A model generated the notes under the pieces. The model saw only the letters and a program-made list of their open reading frames with translations. It searched no databases and had not been told where the DNA came from. A DNA stretch of 63,210 bases, filler included, from Octopus bimaculoides (Eukaryota), in assembly GCF_001194135.2 (NCBI RefSeq). It is 5 parts of 5 records of this genome, joined end to end, with 100 filler letters (N's around TTAATTAATTAA, not from the genome) between each part and the next. Parts side by side here need not be neighbours in the genome. Positions count along the whole stretch, not along the records: positions 1 to 17,814 come from NC_068998.1; 4 more parts are not named here. One strand, written 5' to 3'. Position 1 is the first letter of the stretch. Every line of letters begins with the position of its first letter. The position numbers and the translations under genes are program-made. Shown here one piece after another: positions 1 through 14,290 of the stretch.

Positions 1-14
1 TATATATATATATT

Positions 15-48
<34 letters not shown>

Positions 49-1288
49 TGTATACAAACACACACACATATACACACGCATTATGCATATATATGTTTGT
101 GTAGTTTTTCCTCACGATCTATTAAACGGTAATGAGCTCAGCTAAGTCAATTTCAAGAGAATGTTCTACTATGGCATACGAATAAATCTAAATATCCTAT
201 TTTATTTAATACTCGCTTTCTATTTACCTTTCATCATTCAAGGCTAGAGAAAATAAATACTAGCAAAATATTTTGCGCGCGCGCATCTGTGTGTTTATGT
301 TGTTGTTCTATTTTTTTTTTGTTTTTTTTTGTGACTGTCTTTATCACTCGCCTTAAATTTCTGGCCTTGTGCCTAACTTATGATTCATTATTTTTCAAAA
401 GCCAGCAATAATTGTCTAACTTGACCTTATTCCCTGAAAGGAAAATAAAAAAAAGGAAAGAAAAAAAGACTGGATTCCCTTTTTCTTCTTGCATTTCCCT
501 CCTATCTAACCAAATTTGTGTCTCTTTCCAACTACGAGTCTGTTAATCTATCTGTACCTTGTCATTTTTGTCACACAAACACATTTCTTCGTTTTTCTCT
601 CACTCCACTCTCACAGCTCTTTTCCCCAACTCTCTCTCTCTTTTACGTCTCTCCCTTATCTCTCTCTTATCTCACTCTCTCCCCCTCTCTCCCTCTTTCT
701 CAATAACACACAAAACAATCATACTTCATCTTATTATTTCTCAGTGAATTTGTCAAAACTGGGTGACTCTGCCAAAAATGATTAGAGTGAACAGACCTAC
801 TCTAAGTATCCGCCTTCAGACTTGGAAAGAAGAGTTTGGCGAGGGCTTATATCCTTGGTGGTCCGAGTGATCTTGGATCTGTGGGATTCCTAGATTGGTC
901 CAAGTTAGAGGTTCCCCTGTATCAGCAGGATACACATACTTGGTGGGATTTGGATTCAAAACGCAAAGAGACCAAACAAATACCACTAGGTACCTGACGC
1001 GACCTTCTTACGGTTTCGCTATTTTTCTTTTTCGATCTCGAAAGGATGAAAGTCAACGATGACCTTATCAGGATTCGATCTCAGAGAATAGAGTCGGAGC
1101 AATTACTATGGAGTATTCTATCAGATACTCTAAGGACTCGACCAGTTCACTGCCTCAGCTCACCACGTCAAAAATAGAAGTCAAATATCCTTCAGTCCTT
1201 ACAAAGTCCAGTTCCTGTTGCTGTTTGCTCATTTGTTTGCTTCAGTGACCCTAGAGCTTTGCCAACGGAGCGCCAACTCCTTGTAAGG

Positions 1289-1358
1289 CCGACCATGCTC
1301 GGCTGACCATACTCGGCTGACCATGCTCGGCTGACCATGCTCGGCTGACCATGCTCGG
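1289..1358. repeat. minisatellite, 5 x 14 bp (CTGACCATGCTCGG)
   Basis: Five adjacent units, two single-base variants, no spacers. Confidence 0.9.
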
Positions 1359-1570
1359 ACTAGACTAATATGGATCACCTTTTCCAGGAGGTAAAAAGGG
1401 GGCTGCATTGAGAATAGAAAATAGCAAAGTTATAGAAACATCAATGATAATACAAAAGCATCAAAGCTTGGGAGAGGAAGGCCTTCCCTCAGTGAAGTAC
1501 CCTCTGTACTGAGTCGAGAAGAGAAGAGCAAAATTGCCAATGGCCTTGCTCCATAACGAGCGAAGGGCTT

Positions 1571-1681
<111 letters not shown>

Positions 1682-2182
1682 GNNNNNNNNNNNNNNNNNN
1701 NNNNNNNNNNNNNNNNNNNNNNNNNNNNNNNNNNNNNNNNNNNNNNNNNNNNNNNNNNNNNNNNNNNNNNNNNNNNNNNNNNNNNNNNNNNNNNNNNNNN
1801 NNNNNNNNNNNNNNNNNNNNNNNNNNNNNNNNNNNNNNNNNNNNNNNNNNNNNNNNNNNNNNNNNNNNNNNNNNNNNNNNNNNNNNNNNNNNNNNNNNNN
1901 NNNNNNNNNNNNNNNNNNNNNNNNNNNNNNNNNNNNNNNNNNNNNNNNNNNNNNNNNNNNNNNNNNNNNNNNNNNNNNNNNNNNNNNNNNNNNNNNNNNN
2001 NNNNNNNNNNNNNNNNNNNNNNNNNNNNNNNNNNNNNNNNNNNNNNNNNNNNNNNNNNNNNNNNNNNNNNNNNNNNNNNNNNNNNNNNNNNNNNNNNNNN
2101 NNNNNNNNNNNNNNNNNNNNNNNNNNNNNNNNNNNNNNNNNNNNNNNNNNNNNNNNNNNNNNNNNNNNNNNNNNNNNNNNNN

Positions 2183-2546
2183 GTATCAATACCAGCAGAT
2201 GACAACGTTTCCCTAAAAGAAATGGAAAAACTTTCAAAATACAAAGACCTGGAAATAGAGATAACTCGAATGTGGAGTCTAAAAACAGAAACAATTCCTA
2301 TCATAGTAGGTACCTTAGGTATAATAAAAAAATACTCAGACAAATACATAACAAAAATACCAGGACTTACAAATATATGTAACATACAGAAAATTGCACT
2401 ACTGGGTACTGCACACATTCTACGCAAAACACTTTCAATACAGTAAACATAAAAGCACCACAGCAAACCACAGCACATACCCAAGGCGCACAGAGCTGCG
2501 CTCGGTAGTGAAGTGAAAGCACGTTATAAAAATAAAACTACTGAAC
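2183..2546 (+). mobile_element. R4/Dong-type non-LTR retrotransposon 3' end (restriction-like endonuclease plus 3' UTR)
   Basis: ORF 2222..2446 EKLSKYKDLEIEITRMW..KTETIPIIVGTLG..IQKIALLGTAHILRK. Ends in (TAA)n(TAC)n; a (TAC)n(TAA)n array lies on the other side of the gap at 1572-1681. Confidence 0.85.
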
Positions 2547-2809
2547 AATAATAATAATAATACTACTACTACTACCACATACGCTGTTGCTTCTTAATCA
2601 TAAGGAGGGTGATGATCATACGAAGCTGGACGAGGGTATTGTTGAAAGTAACAGACGCCGGTGCATGACTGAAGATTTTTATCATTGTTCCTCTTACGTC
2701 GCTCAGAGAGGTTAACAACTACTTTGGACTCTTAATAAGATTAGGGCTCGCAAAGAAGGAGAACGCAATCCACATATTGGTGAAGGTCAGAATTCCGCTG
2801 CCTCTTCCT

Positions 2810-3777
2810 TACCGTAACATCAGCATCATTGCCGTCGTCGTCGCCATCATCATCACCACCACCACCACAATTATCATCATCACGATCATCATCTTCTTCT
2901 TCATCATCATCATCATCATCATCTTGATCATCATTATCATCATCATCATCGTCGTCGGCGGCGGCGGCTGCGGCGGCGTCATCATCGTCATTATCATTAT
3001 CATCGTTGTAATCCTCATCATCATTCTCATTATCACCGTCGTCGTTGTCGACGTCAAAACCATCACCAGCATCACCATCACCAGCATCACCATCGTCATC
3101 ATCACCATCGTCATCATCGCCATCGTCATCATCGTCGTCGTAGTCTTCGCCGTCGTTGTAGTCGTCATNNNNNNNNNNNNNNNNNNNNNNNNNNNNNNNN
3201 NNNNNNNNNNNNNNNNNNNNNNNNNNNNNNNNNNNNNNNNNNNNNNNNNNNNNNNNNNNNNNNNNNNNNNNNNNNNNNNNNNNNNNNNNNNNNNNNNNNN
3301 NNNNNNNNNNNNNNNNNNNNNNNNNNNNNNNNNNNNNNNNNNNNNNNNNNNNNNNNNNNNNNNNNNNNNNNNNNNNNNNNNNNNNNNNNNNNNNNNNNNN
3401 NNNNNNNNNNNNNNNNNNNNNNNNNNNNNNNNNNNNNNNNNNNNNNNNNNNNNNNNNNNNNNNNNNNNNNNNNNNNNNNNNNNNNNNNNNNNNNNNNNNN
3501 NNNNNNNNNNNNNNNNNNNNNNNNNNNNNNNNNNNNNNNNNNNNNNNNNNNNNNNNNNNNNNNNNNNNNNNNNNNNNNNNNNNNNNNNNNNNNNNNNNNN
3601 NNNNNNNNNNNNNNNNNNNNNNNNNNNNNNNNNNNNNNNNNNNNNNNNNNNNNNNNNNNNNNNNNNNNNNNNNNNNNNNNNNNNNNNNNNNNNNNNNNNN
3701 NNNNNNNNNNNNNNNNNNNNNNNNNNNNNNNNNNNNNNNNNNNNNNNNNNNNNNNNATCATCATCATCATCATCATC

Positions 3778-3810
<33 letters not shown>

Positions 3811-3954
3811 CTCATCCTCATCATCATCATCATTATCCTCATCCTCATCATCATCATCATCACCACCATCCTCCTCCTCCTCCTCCTCCTCCTCATCATC
3901 ATCATCATCACCACCACCATCGTCATCATCATCATCCTCATCCTCATCATCACC

Positions 3955-3991
<37 letters not shown>

Positions 3992-4070
3992 CCACCATCA
4001 TCATCATCATCATCATCATCATCGTCATCATCACCATCATCATCGGTGTCAACGTCGTCACCAACAGCAT
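2810..4070. repeat. degenerate (CAT/CGT/CAC)n trinucleotide array spanning an N gap
   Basis: Low-complexity trinucleotide runs at 2810-3168 and 3758-4070, which produce the poly-D, poly-S and poly-I pseudo-ORFs. Confidence 0.9.
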
Positions 4071-4536
4071 AAACACAATGCATGAGTAATCACGATGCAA
4101 GCAGCATTAAACAACGGCGAAATGATTGAAACAGGCAAATTACAACTAAAACAAACAACAAACAATAACAACAACAACAACAACAACAACAACATCCACA
4201 ACAATAACACTGATAAATAAATAAAAAAATATCAATTAAGGCAGTGTCAAGAACAATTTACAAGATAAACTACAAAGGAGACAAGAATAACCATAGTAAT
4301 GACAAAAACAAATCTATCAACAACAATAATAAAGACAATAAAAGCAACAACAACAACACTATGTAATTTAACATCGGTAACAACAATAAGAACAACAAAA
4401 AGAACAACAATAACGATAACAGTAGTAATAGTCTTTTTTTGTTGTTTTGTTTTTGTATATACAATAATGGTTTTAGCAACTGCGAAAACAATTATTTCAT
4501 TAAAATTGTGTGTATATCAATCAAATGTTAGTATAT

Positions 4537-4571
<35 letters not shown>

Positions 4572-5614
4572 CATACATATATATGCATAAATGTATCCGC
4601 TTGTATACATATATATATGTGTGTATACAATTCCGATTTTGACAAACCTTAATATTATAATATATATATATATATATAATATATATATATACATACATAT
4701 ATAAATATATATATATACATGTATATATATATAAATAAATAAATATATATATATATATANNNNNNNNNNNNNNNNNNNNNNNNNNNNNNNNNNNNNNNNN
4801 NNNNNNNNNNNNNNNNNNNNNNNNNNNNNNNNNNNNNNNNNNNNNNNNNNNNNNNNNNNNNNNNNNNNNNNNNNNNNNNNNNNNNNNNNNNNNNNNNNNN
4901 NNNNNNNNNNNNNNNNNNNNNNNNNNNNNNNNNNNNNNNNNNNNNNNNNNNNNNNNNNNNNNNNNNNNNNNNNNNNNNNNNNNNNNNNNNNNNNNNNNNN
5001 NNNNNNNNNNNNNNNNNNNNNNNNNNNNNNNNNNNNNNNNNNNNNNNNNNNNNNNNNNNNNNNNNNNNNNNNNNNNNNNNNNNNNNNNNNNNNNNNNNNN
5101 NNNNNNNNNNNNNNNNNNNNNNNNNNNNNNNNNNNNNNNNNNNNNNNNNNNNNNNNNNNNNNNNNNNNNNNNNNNNNNNNNNNNNNNNNNNNNNNNNNNN
5201 NNNNNNNNNNNNNNNNNNNNNNNNNNNNNNNNNNNNNNNNNNNNNNNNNNNNNNNNNNNNNNNNNNNNNNNNNNNNNNNNNNNNNNNNNNNNNNNNNNNN
5301 NNNNNNNNNNNNNNNNNNNNNNNNNNNNNNNNNNNNNNNNNNNNNNNNNNNNNNNNNNNNNNNNNNNNNNNNNNNNNNNNNNNNNNNNNNNNNNNNNNNN
5401 NNNNNNNNNNNNNNNNNNNNNNNNNNNNNNNNNNNNNNNNNNNNNNNNNNNNNNNNNNNNNNNNNNNNNNNNNNNNNNNNNNNNNNNNNNNNNNNNNNNN
5501 NNNNNNNNNNNNNNNNNNNNNNNNNNNNNNNNNNNNNNNNNNNNNNNNNNNNNNNNNNNNNNNNNNNNNNNNNNNNNNNNNNNNNNNNNNNNNNNNNNNN
5601 NNNNNNNNNNNNNN

Positions 5615-5657
<43 letters not shown>

Positions 5658-6302
5658 TGAACATACATACATACATACATATACGCACACGCGCAAAAAG
5701 GAGCTTCACAGTTCTCATCAACAAGCGATATCCATGTGCTTATATGCACGAGATACCTATGCAAGACACTTTCTAGGGGTGAATACTGCAGTATTAAGCG
5801 CCCCTGTAATACAACCACGTTAAGTCGGCTACAAAAGTTGCCATTCAATAACTATATAATACTGCCACCGTCTTTCATATATTATATATAAGGCGCAGGC
5901 GAGGCAGTATGGTAAGAAGCTTCCTTCCCAGCCAAATGGTTGCCGGCTTAGTTCCACTGCGTAGAACCTTCAGTAGGTGTCTTCTACTATAGTCTCGGGC
6001 CTTGTGAGTAGACTTGGTAAACGGAAACCAAAACAAGCCCGTCGTATGTGGGTCTTTGTTTTAGTGTTTGCTGCCCACCACTTGACAACCAGTAGTGGTG
6101 TGTTTATGTCCCTATAACTTAGCGGTTCGGTGAAAGAGACCAACAGAATAAGTACCAGGCTTTAAAAAAGTAAGTACTTGGGTCAGTTCATTAGACTAAA
6201 AAGTCTCAAGGCGATGCTCCAGCATGGCCACAGTGCAATGACTAAACCAAGTAAAATATCCAAAAATATATGTACACACACACACACATCTATCTATCTA
6301 TA

Positions 6303-6333
<31 letters not shown>

Positions 6334-7145
6334 NNNNNNNNNNNNNNNNNNNNNNNNNNNNNNNNNNNNNNNNNNNNNNNNNNNNNNNNNNNNNNNNNNN
6401 NNNNNNNNNNNNNNNNNNNNNNNNNNNNNNNNNNNNNNNNNNNNNNNNNNNNNNNNNNNNNNNNNNNNNNNNNNNNNNNNNNNNNNNNNNNNNNNNNNNN
6501 NNNNNNNNNNNNNNNNNNNNNNNNNNNNNNNNNNNNNNNNNNNNNNNNNNNNNNNNNNNNNNNNNNNNNNNNNNNNNNNNNNNNNNNNNNNNNNNNNNNN
6601 NNNNNNNNNNNNNNNNNNNNNNNNNNNNNNNNNNNNNNNNNNNNNNNNNNNNNNNNNNNNNNNNNNNNNNNNNNNNNNNNNNNNNNNNNNNNNNNNNNNN
6701 NNNNNNNNNNNNNNNNNNNNNNNNNNNNNNNNNNNNNNNNNNNNNNNNNNNNNNNNNNNNNNNNNNNNNNNNNNNNNNNNNNNNNNNNNNNNNNNNNNNN
6801 NNNNNNNNNNNNNNNNNNNNNNNNNNNNNNNNNNNNNNNNNNNNNNNNNNNNNNNNNNNNNNNNNNNNNNNNNNNNNNNNNNNNNNNNNNNNNNNNNNNN
6901 NNNNNNNNNNNNNNNNNNNNNNNNNNNNNNNNNNNNNNNNNNNNNNNNNNNNNNNNNNNNNNNNNNNNNNNNNNNNNNNNNNNNNNNNNNNNNNNNNNNN
7001 NNNNNNNNNNNNNNNNNNNNNNNNNNNNNNNNNNNNNNNNNNNNNNNNNNNNNNNNNNNNNNNNNNNNNNNNNNNNNNNNNNNNNNNNNNNNNNNNNNNN
7101 NNNNNNNNNNNNNNNNNNNNNNNNNNNNNNNNNNNNNNNNNNNNN

Positions 7146-7579
7146 TAGGAGTGGCTGTGTGGTAAGTAGCTTGTTTACCAAACACTGCTTCCGGGTTCAG
7201 TCCCACTGCGTGGCACCTTGGGCAAGTGTCTTCTACTATAGCCTCGGGCCGACCAAAGCTTTGTGAGTGGATTTGGTAGACGGAAACTGAAAGAAGCCCG
7301 TCGTATATCTGTATGTGTGTGTGTGTGTGTATGTGTGTGTGTGCGTGTGCGTGTGTGTGCGTGTTTTGTGTCTATGTCTGTGTGTCTATATGTGTATATT
7401 TGTGTGTCACTTGGCAACCGATGCTGGCGTGTTTACGTTCCCGTAACTTAGCGGTTCAGCAAAAGACCGATAGAATAAGTACTAGGCTTAAAAAGAATAA
7501 GTCCTGGGGTCGATTTGCTCGACTAAAGGCGGTGCTCCAGCATGGCCACAGTCAAATGACTGAAACAAGTAAAGGAGTA
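7146..7579 (+). mobile_element. SINE family A, near full-length, CpG-retaining copy
   Basis: Colinear with the 31431-31826 copy and keeps CpGs (TTCCGGG, CTGCGTGG, GGGCCGACC). Confidence 0.85.
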
Positions 7580-8426
7580 ATATGTATATAATTACAGTTC
7601 ATTTATATATAAAATTCGAATTGATCACTCATTTGTGGAAATGATTGTCTGAGTCGATCGTGTGTATGTGCGTGTGAATGTGTGTGTGTGTGCGTGTGTG
7701 TGTGTGTGTGTGCCCGCGTTACGATGTTTTCATACATATGAGTAGGTGTGTGTGGGTACACGAATATATATTTATGTGGGATAGGCATGTGAATATATGG
7801 GTTAGAAAGGGAATGTGTCAGAACGTGTATGCGTAAGGTGTTTTGATGTGTACTTGTGCTTATATACTTGCATGCCTTGTTTTATAAATGTGTAAATGTG
7901 CATGTGTGTGTGCATGTCTGTATGTGCATGAGTATATAAATAAATGTATGCTTGCCGACTGCATTCTTTGGTGTGTATGTATGTCTATATGCGTGAGTGA
8001 AAAAAGGGAAAGAGCGAGAAAGTCTGTAATATGTGTAAATCTATGGCTTACATTAAGTGTTAGTATTAAGCGACAGGATCATGCTGATTTTATCTTCTCA
8101 TTAAACAATGGTTATTTTTATGAGACTCGTATGTTGTCCTTATTTATAATAACAAACTGTAGATTCTATGACATTTTTGCTATTAGAAGCGTTAATGCAT
8201 GTGTAAGTAGCTTATAAAAACTATGAGATATAAGGCATGTCTGCAGTTCACAGCGGTCGTGTGTTTAAACTAGCTTATAGAAACTGCGGGATATATAACA
8301 TATCTGCGGCTGAAGTGTTAGTAAGTGTAAATAGTATATAGAAACTGTACAATATGTGAAATCTATATTGTCCGCTGTCATATTATTTTGGATTAAGCTT
8401 TCGGAAATTATAGAGTAAGTCACATG

Positions 8427-8960
8427 TACAAGGTGCATTCCAAAAGTTGTGAGGCTCTTCAAGGAGAGACATTTGTTTTTTTCCAACAACCATAAAACTT
8501 TAATCTCCAAAGAAGGATCCTCTTACTTCAATGAACTTATTGCAGCGCTCCAGCCATTTCGTGAAGTCCTCCGAAGTGAAGATAACCAGGCCTCTTGTCA
8601 CAGCCTTCTTCGCCTTCTCCTTCAGCTTGTAAAACAACAAAAAACTATAAGGGAGTAAGGTCTAGATTGTCGAATGAATGAAGGGCAGTTTTGATGTCCA
8701 TCTCTGTCAAGTAGTTGGTTACCAGAGGAGACCTGTGAACTGGTGCATTGTCTCGCTGCAGGTGGCACCAACCCGAGTAGAAGAGCGCAGGCCCTTTTTC
8801 TGCGACGAAATCCCTCCCTGAACTCTCCCAAAAACTCCGCAAAGCACTCTTTGTTAACCGTCTGGCCAGAGGTAACCCCGTAGAAGTAAATGATGCTCTT
8901 GTTGTAAAATGGGACCTTTGCCTAGCCTCATATGCCAGCGAAAAACAGATCCTCAGCTGA
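8427..8960 (-). mobile_element. mariner (DD34D-type) transposase remnant with one terminal inverted repeat
   Basis: Minus strand gives GQTVNKECFAEFL and HLQRDNAPVHRSPLVTNYLTEMDIKT, followed by a decayed YSPDLAP region. TA+CAAGGTGCATTCCAAAAGTT TIR-like end at 8427-8448. Confidence 0.8.
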
Positions 8961-9700
8961 TACAGGTCAAAGCATAATCAGTTTAGAACAAATAAGGTTA
9001 TCAAAATTACAATAATATAGATCTGCCTTTCCTAAAATAGTGTCAAACAATTTGGAATGCACGACATATATGTGCTGCTCACCGATAATGTATAATATAA
9101 TATAAATATATAATATAAATTGCATATAGGAAGTGTGTAATATGTGCGAGTGTATAATGTGCGAAAAGTTTGCATGCCATATATATTGTGCATATTATGT
9201 TAATTTATTATCTGCTACTTTTTACAAGTTTCAGTGAGTGGACAGCGGCCATGCTGAGGCACCATCTTGAGATACCATGCTGGGACACTACCTTGAAGGA
9301 CCATGAAATATGCGAGATATCTACAAGTTGACCGTGTTTAATGTACCACGTGTGGGTACGTTGTTATTGTTATGAAATTCGCTTTGTCACGAAGCTGGTT
9401 CGGACTCAGTTTCAATATTTGTCATCGATCAAAAAGTCGATCAATAACAGATACAATGACACATGGGTTTCTTTCACTTTCCGTCTACTAAATCCACTAA
9501 CAAGGCTTTGGTCGAACCGCGTCTATAGTAGAAGGCACTAGCCCAAGGTGCCATGCAGTGGGACTGAACTCAGAACCACATAGCTATGCTGCGCCTATAT
9601 TCTATATATATCTATATTTATCTATGTAGCACATGGTATAATTGTAAACAGGGCAAATTTTAGCCATTTCTCCGCAGACTGAAAAAATGATGAACAGCCA

Positions 9701-9738
<38 letters not shown>

Positions 9739-11829
9739 NNNNNNNNNNNNNNNNNNNNNNNNNNNNNNNNNNNNNNNNNNNNNNNNNNNNNNNNNNNNNN
9801 NNNNNNNNNNNNNNNTATATTTATATGGCGGATTGTAAAGAGGTAGCGAAAGAGCTCAACTGAGCCAACGGCGCTTCTTACATTGATGCCGAGCGGAAGA
9901 ATCCTAGAAGATCATCAGTCAGGATCACCAAACTCTATCAAGAGAGTAACTGCAATGCATCCATAGGGGTGGTGTCTATGGTTGCGTGATCAGGTAATAA
10001 AAGATACTCAAGTTTCCAATTCAAGTTCACAATAATGGAATTGGATGGCGATAGCCATGGGAATCTGCGAAAGTAACGAAAAAATTTGTGTATATGTTTA
10101 TGTGTATATATGGATATGGATGCGCTTGTGTACGTTTATATATCTTTCACCGATGGACAACAACGAAAGGTATAAGCATCAGTAAGGAAACCGAAATCCC
10201 CCACCACCGCTCCCACCTCAAAAAACCGTTGCTTTACAAGCAAAATGTTTGATCCGCATGGAATTACACCCACTTACTTATCACTACCACATCAAAAAAT
10301 TGCAAGAAACCAATGATTGGTCCTTTGAAAACCTGTAAACAGCAATGGCCTTTGTTGTTACTAACTTCCATACAAAATTTTAAAACTAAATGTTGTTCCT
10401 ACAAACTGTGAACCACGTGATGTTTGTAATGCAGAGTGTTGTTGCTTAACACTAGGTCAGATTATGATTCAGTATATCTATATGCAAGTCATTACCATCC
10501 CATCTTCATTTTCAGGCAGTGGACAATTGTATTCAATGACCTTCTGTTTTTAAGACAGTAGCATAGGATTTGTGGGCGATTTGACTGCTATTTTTAACAT
10601 TTTAAGAACCCGTGCGTGTCTCGAGTTCGGAGTGTTATGTGTAATCGGTTTCAAGAAGCAGCACTATTGTTCTTGCTGAAGTGTTGTTGTTGTTGAAGCA
10701 CAGCTTTAGCTGTTCCCGTTTTGTGCATTCCCTAAGCAAACCCATAACACGAAGGTAATCGAACCAATGCCTAAGTGCGACACCCACATCTGTCCTTCAA
10801 AGCATATACGTGTTTCCATCTTAGCTGATGATTATATTGCACATCATGAAAAGCTGGGAATTGATCATATGATATACAATGCTTGATTCTTGACTCGTTT
10901 TACCCACCCCCCCTCTCTCTCTCCATCGTCCAGTCTGTTTCCAAACGCCTCTAGATTATGATGGCAGCAACAGCAGCGATAGACAAGGTAGGTGACGTGA
11001 TTAGAGTCCAACTATAGCCGGTTCTCTATAGCCGGTTCTTTGTACCACACATCATCGGTGGTGAGCACAGCAGCCAATGAGTCTATTGATGCTGCATCTA
11101 CATTTGTTTATTCCTTTTACTTGTTACCTGTTTTAGTCATAGGACTGTGACCTGCTGGAGCACCATTCTGAAAGGTTTTGTCAGACAAACATCAGTACTC
11201 ACTTTTAAGTCTGGTAATTATTCTCTTTTGTCGAACTGATAGAATACGAGGACGTAAACAAACCAACAACCGTTTTCAAGCGGCCGGGTGTGACAAATAC
11301 AATGACGTACACACACTCACACACAGGTACACACATACGCACACTTGTATACAATTGGCTTTCACAGTTTGTCTACCAAATTCATTCACAAGGCATTGGG
11401 TGGCTCAGAGCTCTAGAAGGAGATATTTTTCTCAAGGTTTAGTGCAGTGGGACTGGAGCCGAAACTACGTGTTTGCAAAGTAACCTTCTTAACAGCACAA
11501 TCATGTCTGTTGTTATTTCTTTTTATAAATATACTAGCAGAGATGCCCAGCTTTGCTCGGAATTAAAATGGCATAGTTTGTATATAATATATTATAGTTA
11601 TGTTGAAACAGGTGATATGGGAAAGTGCAGCATTGACAACAAAACATTTGTGGAGTAAATGATGGACTATTTCGACTAAGCAACATGCTTTGCGCCTGTC
11701 TGGAGTATTTCAGGCCCTAACCTGTGGGGGTTATGTGATTTTTGAACGCACCGAGAAGCTGTCAGTGGATATACTCTCTCTTTTGCAGCAATCAGTGCTG
11801 TGTCTAACACGATCCAACATCTGAAATTT

Positions 11830-12320
11830 TAACACCTCGTTTGGGTTTGTTGTCCTACATCACTTATAAAATAAATTTGGAGGAACTGTGGTTGTTCATT
11901 TGTGGGCAACAGGGAATCAATGAGGTGATAGACTTGCCCTTGAATTATGACGCCGTTGTAAATTCATGTTTATCTATCTTCTTAGATGCACCGAACGATG
12001 TCATTTGCAGAGTTGTATTGTCTGACATTTGGCTGGATGAAAATGCCTTCGCGAAGATCCATAAGAGGTTGAGAAGGAGGTGGTAGTGCTGACAATGTTA
12101 CCTGACCGCCTGAGCAGCATATACCACTTGCTTCATTTGAAAATTTGAAAGCTCTACAGAAAAGACAATTTGTGTTTAGCACTCGAATTTGGACAGAGTT
12201 ATTATTTTTATAAGAATGGGATGGATCATATCTGAAAACAGCTTCAGGAGTTATGAAGAACGAATTTGTACGTAGTCTGTTTCTGAGAGCTATTCTATTG
12301 GAACTCTGTCTAATCATTAA
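11830..12320 (-). mobile_element. Helitron Rep/helicase N-terminal remnant
   Basis: CLFCRAFKFSNEASGICCSGGQVTL (CxxC...CC motif), VRQYNSA, and in another frame QGQVYHLIDSLLPTNEQPQFLQIYFI. All are typical of animal Helitron Rep proteins. Confidence 0.8.
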
Positions 12321-12666
12321 AACATTGATTTAATGATCCAGCATTAAGTGCTGCAACATGCATTTGCTGATGTTGAGAAAATCTCATCTAGCTTCTCTCT
12401 TCAGACTCTCGCGTTCGGTTTTCTACAATCTTCCTTGCTTTGTACTTGTTTCTGGAGAGATTATGTCTTTTCTTTGGTGGCATATTTTTCCCAATATTGT
12501 AAACAAAAAATTATGAACATAGAAAGAAATTATACATTAATCCCCATTTTTGTAAGCAGCTATATCCGTAAAACTTTTATTTGAAGAGAGCAGAAATTGA
12601 AAGAAGATAAAGCGAAAAGAACAGAGAAAGAAAGTGAAAGATGTATGTACGTCTATATGAGATGGA

Positions 12667-12714
<48 letters not shown>

Positions 12715-13514
12715 CGTGTGTGCGTGTGCGTGCGAGCTTGCGCGTGTGTATATGAGAGAGAAAGAAGGTGAGAAAGAGAGATAGAGTGAGTGAAGGTGTG
12801 TGTCGTGATGATTTATGTATTTTAAGGTACACACACATATAGAAAATCTGACATCATCGTATAAAATGTTTACGATAGTTGATTTATGGAAAAGATTATG
12901 TTAAATTTTTGAAATGCAAATATGTGAATGGAAATTAAGTTTAATTTGTTGCCAAAATAATACTGAATCTTTTGATACCCCATACGTCAAAATCTGTAAC
13001 TCGGTTTTGGAAAGCATAAAAAACATATAATATCAATGAGACAGACCTCTACATGGTAGCTAGACCTGGTAGAAATAGCAGCCAAATCTCCCTCAAAACA
13101 CCCAACTCTCTTAATCCGAAAATTCTGCCTATTATGTAGTTTGAATGAGAAACTGTAACTAAAGATTAAGATTATTAACCCCACAGAGAGAGGAAAGAAG
13201 AGAGACAGTATAGCGACGGTTTTGGCTGACTGTCATCCTGTACTTCCATTGTTGCTAGTGAAATGGCATGTGCCGGCTGTCTGAGCAACTGGTTGTTTTA
13301 NNNNNNNNNNNNNNNNNNNNNNNNNNNNNNNNNNNNNNNNNNNNNNNNNNNNNNNNNNNNNNNNNNNNNNNNNNNNNNNNNNNNNNNNNNNNNNNNNNNN
13401 NNNNNNNNNNNNNNNNNNNNNNNNNNNNNNNNNNNNNNNNNNNNNNNNNNNNNNNNNNNNNNNNNNNNNNNNNNNNNNNNNNNNNNNNNNNNNNNNNNNN
13501 NNNNNNNNNNNNNN

Positions 13515-13574
<60 letters not shown>

Positions 13575-14218
13575 TGTGTGTGTGTGTATTTGTCCCCCAC
13601 CACCATTCGACTATCGGTGTTGGTGTGTTTATGTCCTCATAATTTAGCAGTTCGGCAAAGGTGACCTATATAAAAAGTACCAGGCTTTAAAACATGTACT
13701 GGGGTCGATTCATTCGACTAAAAGTTGCTCAAGGATTCTGTCATTAGAATGTGGTCAGCTGGGGCACCGCCTTGGAGAATGTTTGTTGAATGAATAGACA
13801 GCAGAACTATTTCTAAAGCCTGGCACTTATTGTCAAGCAGTACTGGTGGGGAACAAACACAGACACTAAGACGCACACGCACACACACACACACACACGC
13901 GCACGCACACACACGCACACATACACATACACAATCACAAACATACACACACAGACACACAGCTACACACGCACACACTCGAATTCATTTATTCTTTTAT
14001 TATTTTACTTGTTTCAGTCATTTGACGGCCATGCTGGAGAACCGCCTTGAAGGTCTCTTTTTAGTCGAACAAATCGACCTCAGGTCTTATTTTCTAAGCC
14101 TAGTACTTATTCTCTATCGATCTTTCTTGTGACATGGCTAAGTTATGGGGATGTATATTACATCAACACCGGTTGTCAAACGGTGATGGGGATAAACACA
14201 GACAAAATGACACACATA

Positions 14219-14290
<72 letters not shown>

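Noticed and set aside
1289-1358. CRISPR-like direct repeats
   Set aside because: The units are contiguous with no spacers and only 14 bp long, in a eukaryotic context with no cas genes.
2777-7266. Long ORF-track entries (poly-D, poly-S, poly-I, YIYI, HTHT)
   Set aside because: They are translations of microsatellites and N gaps. The same applies to those at 13263-15173, 23921-26277 and 60872-61816.
11012-11039. Tandem duplication CTATAGCCGGTTCT x2
   Set aside because: A simple local slippage duplication with no associated structure.
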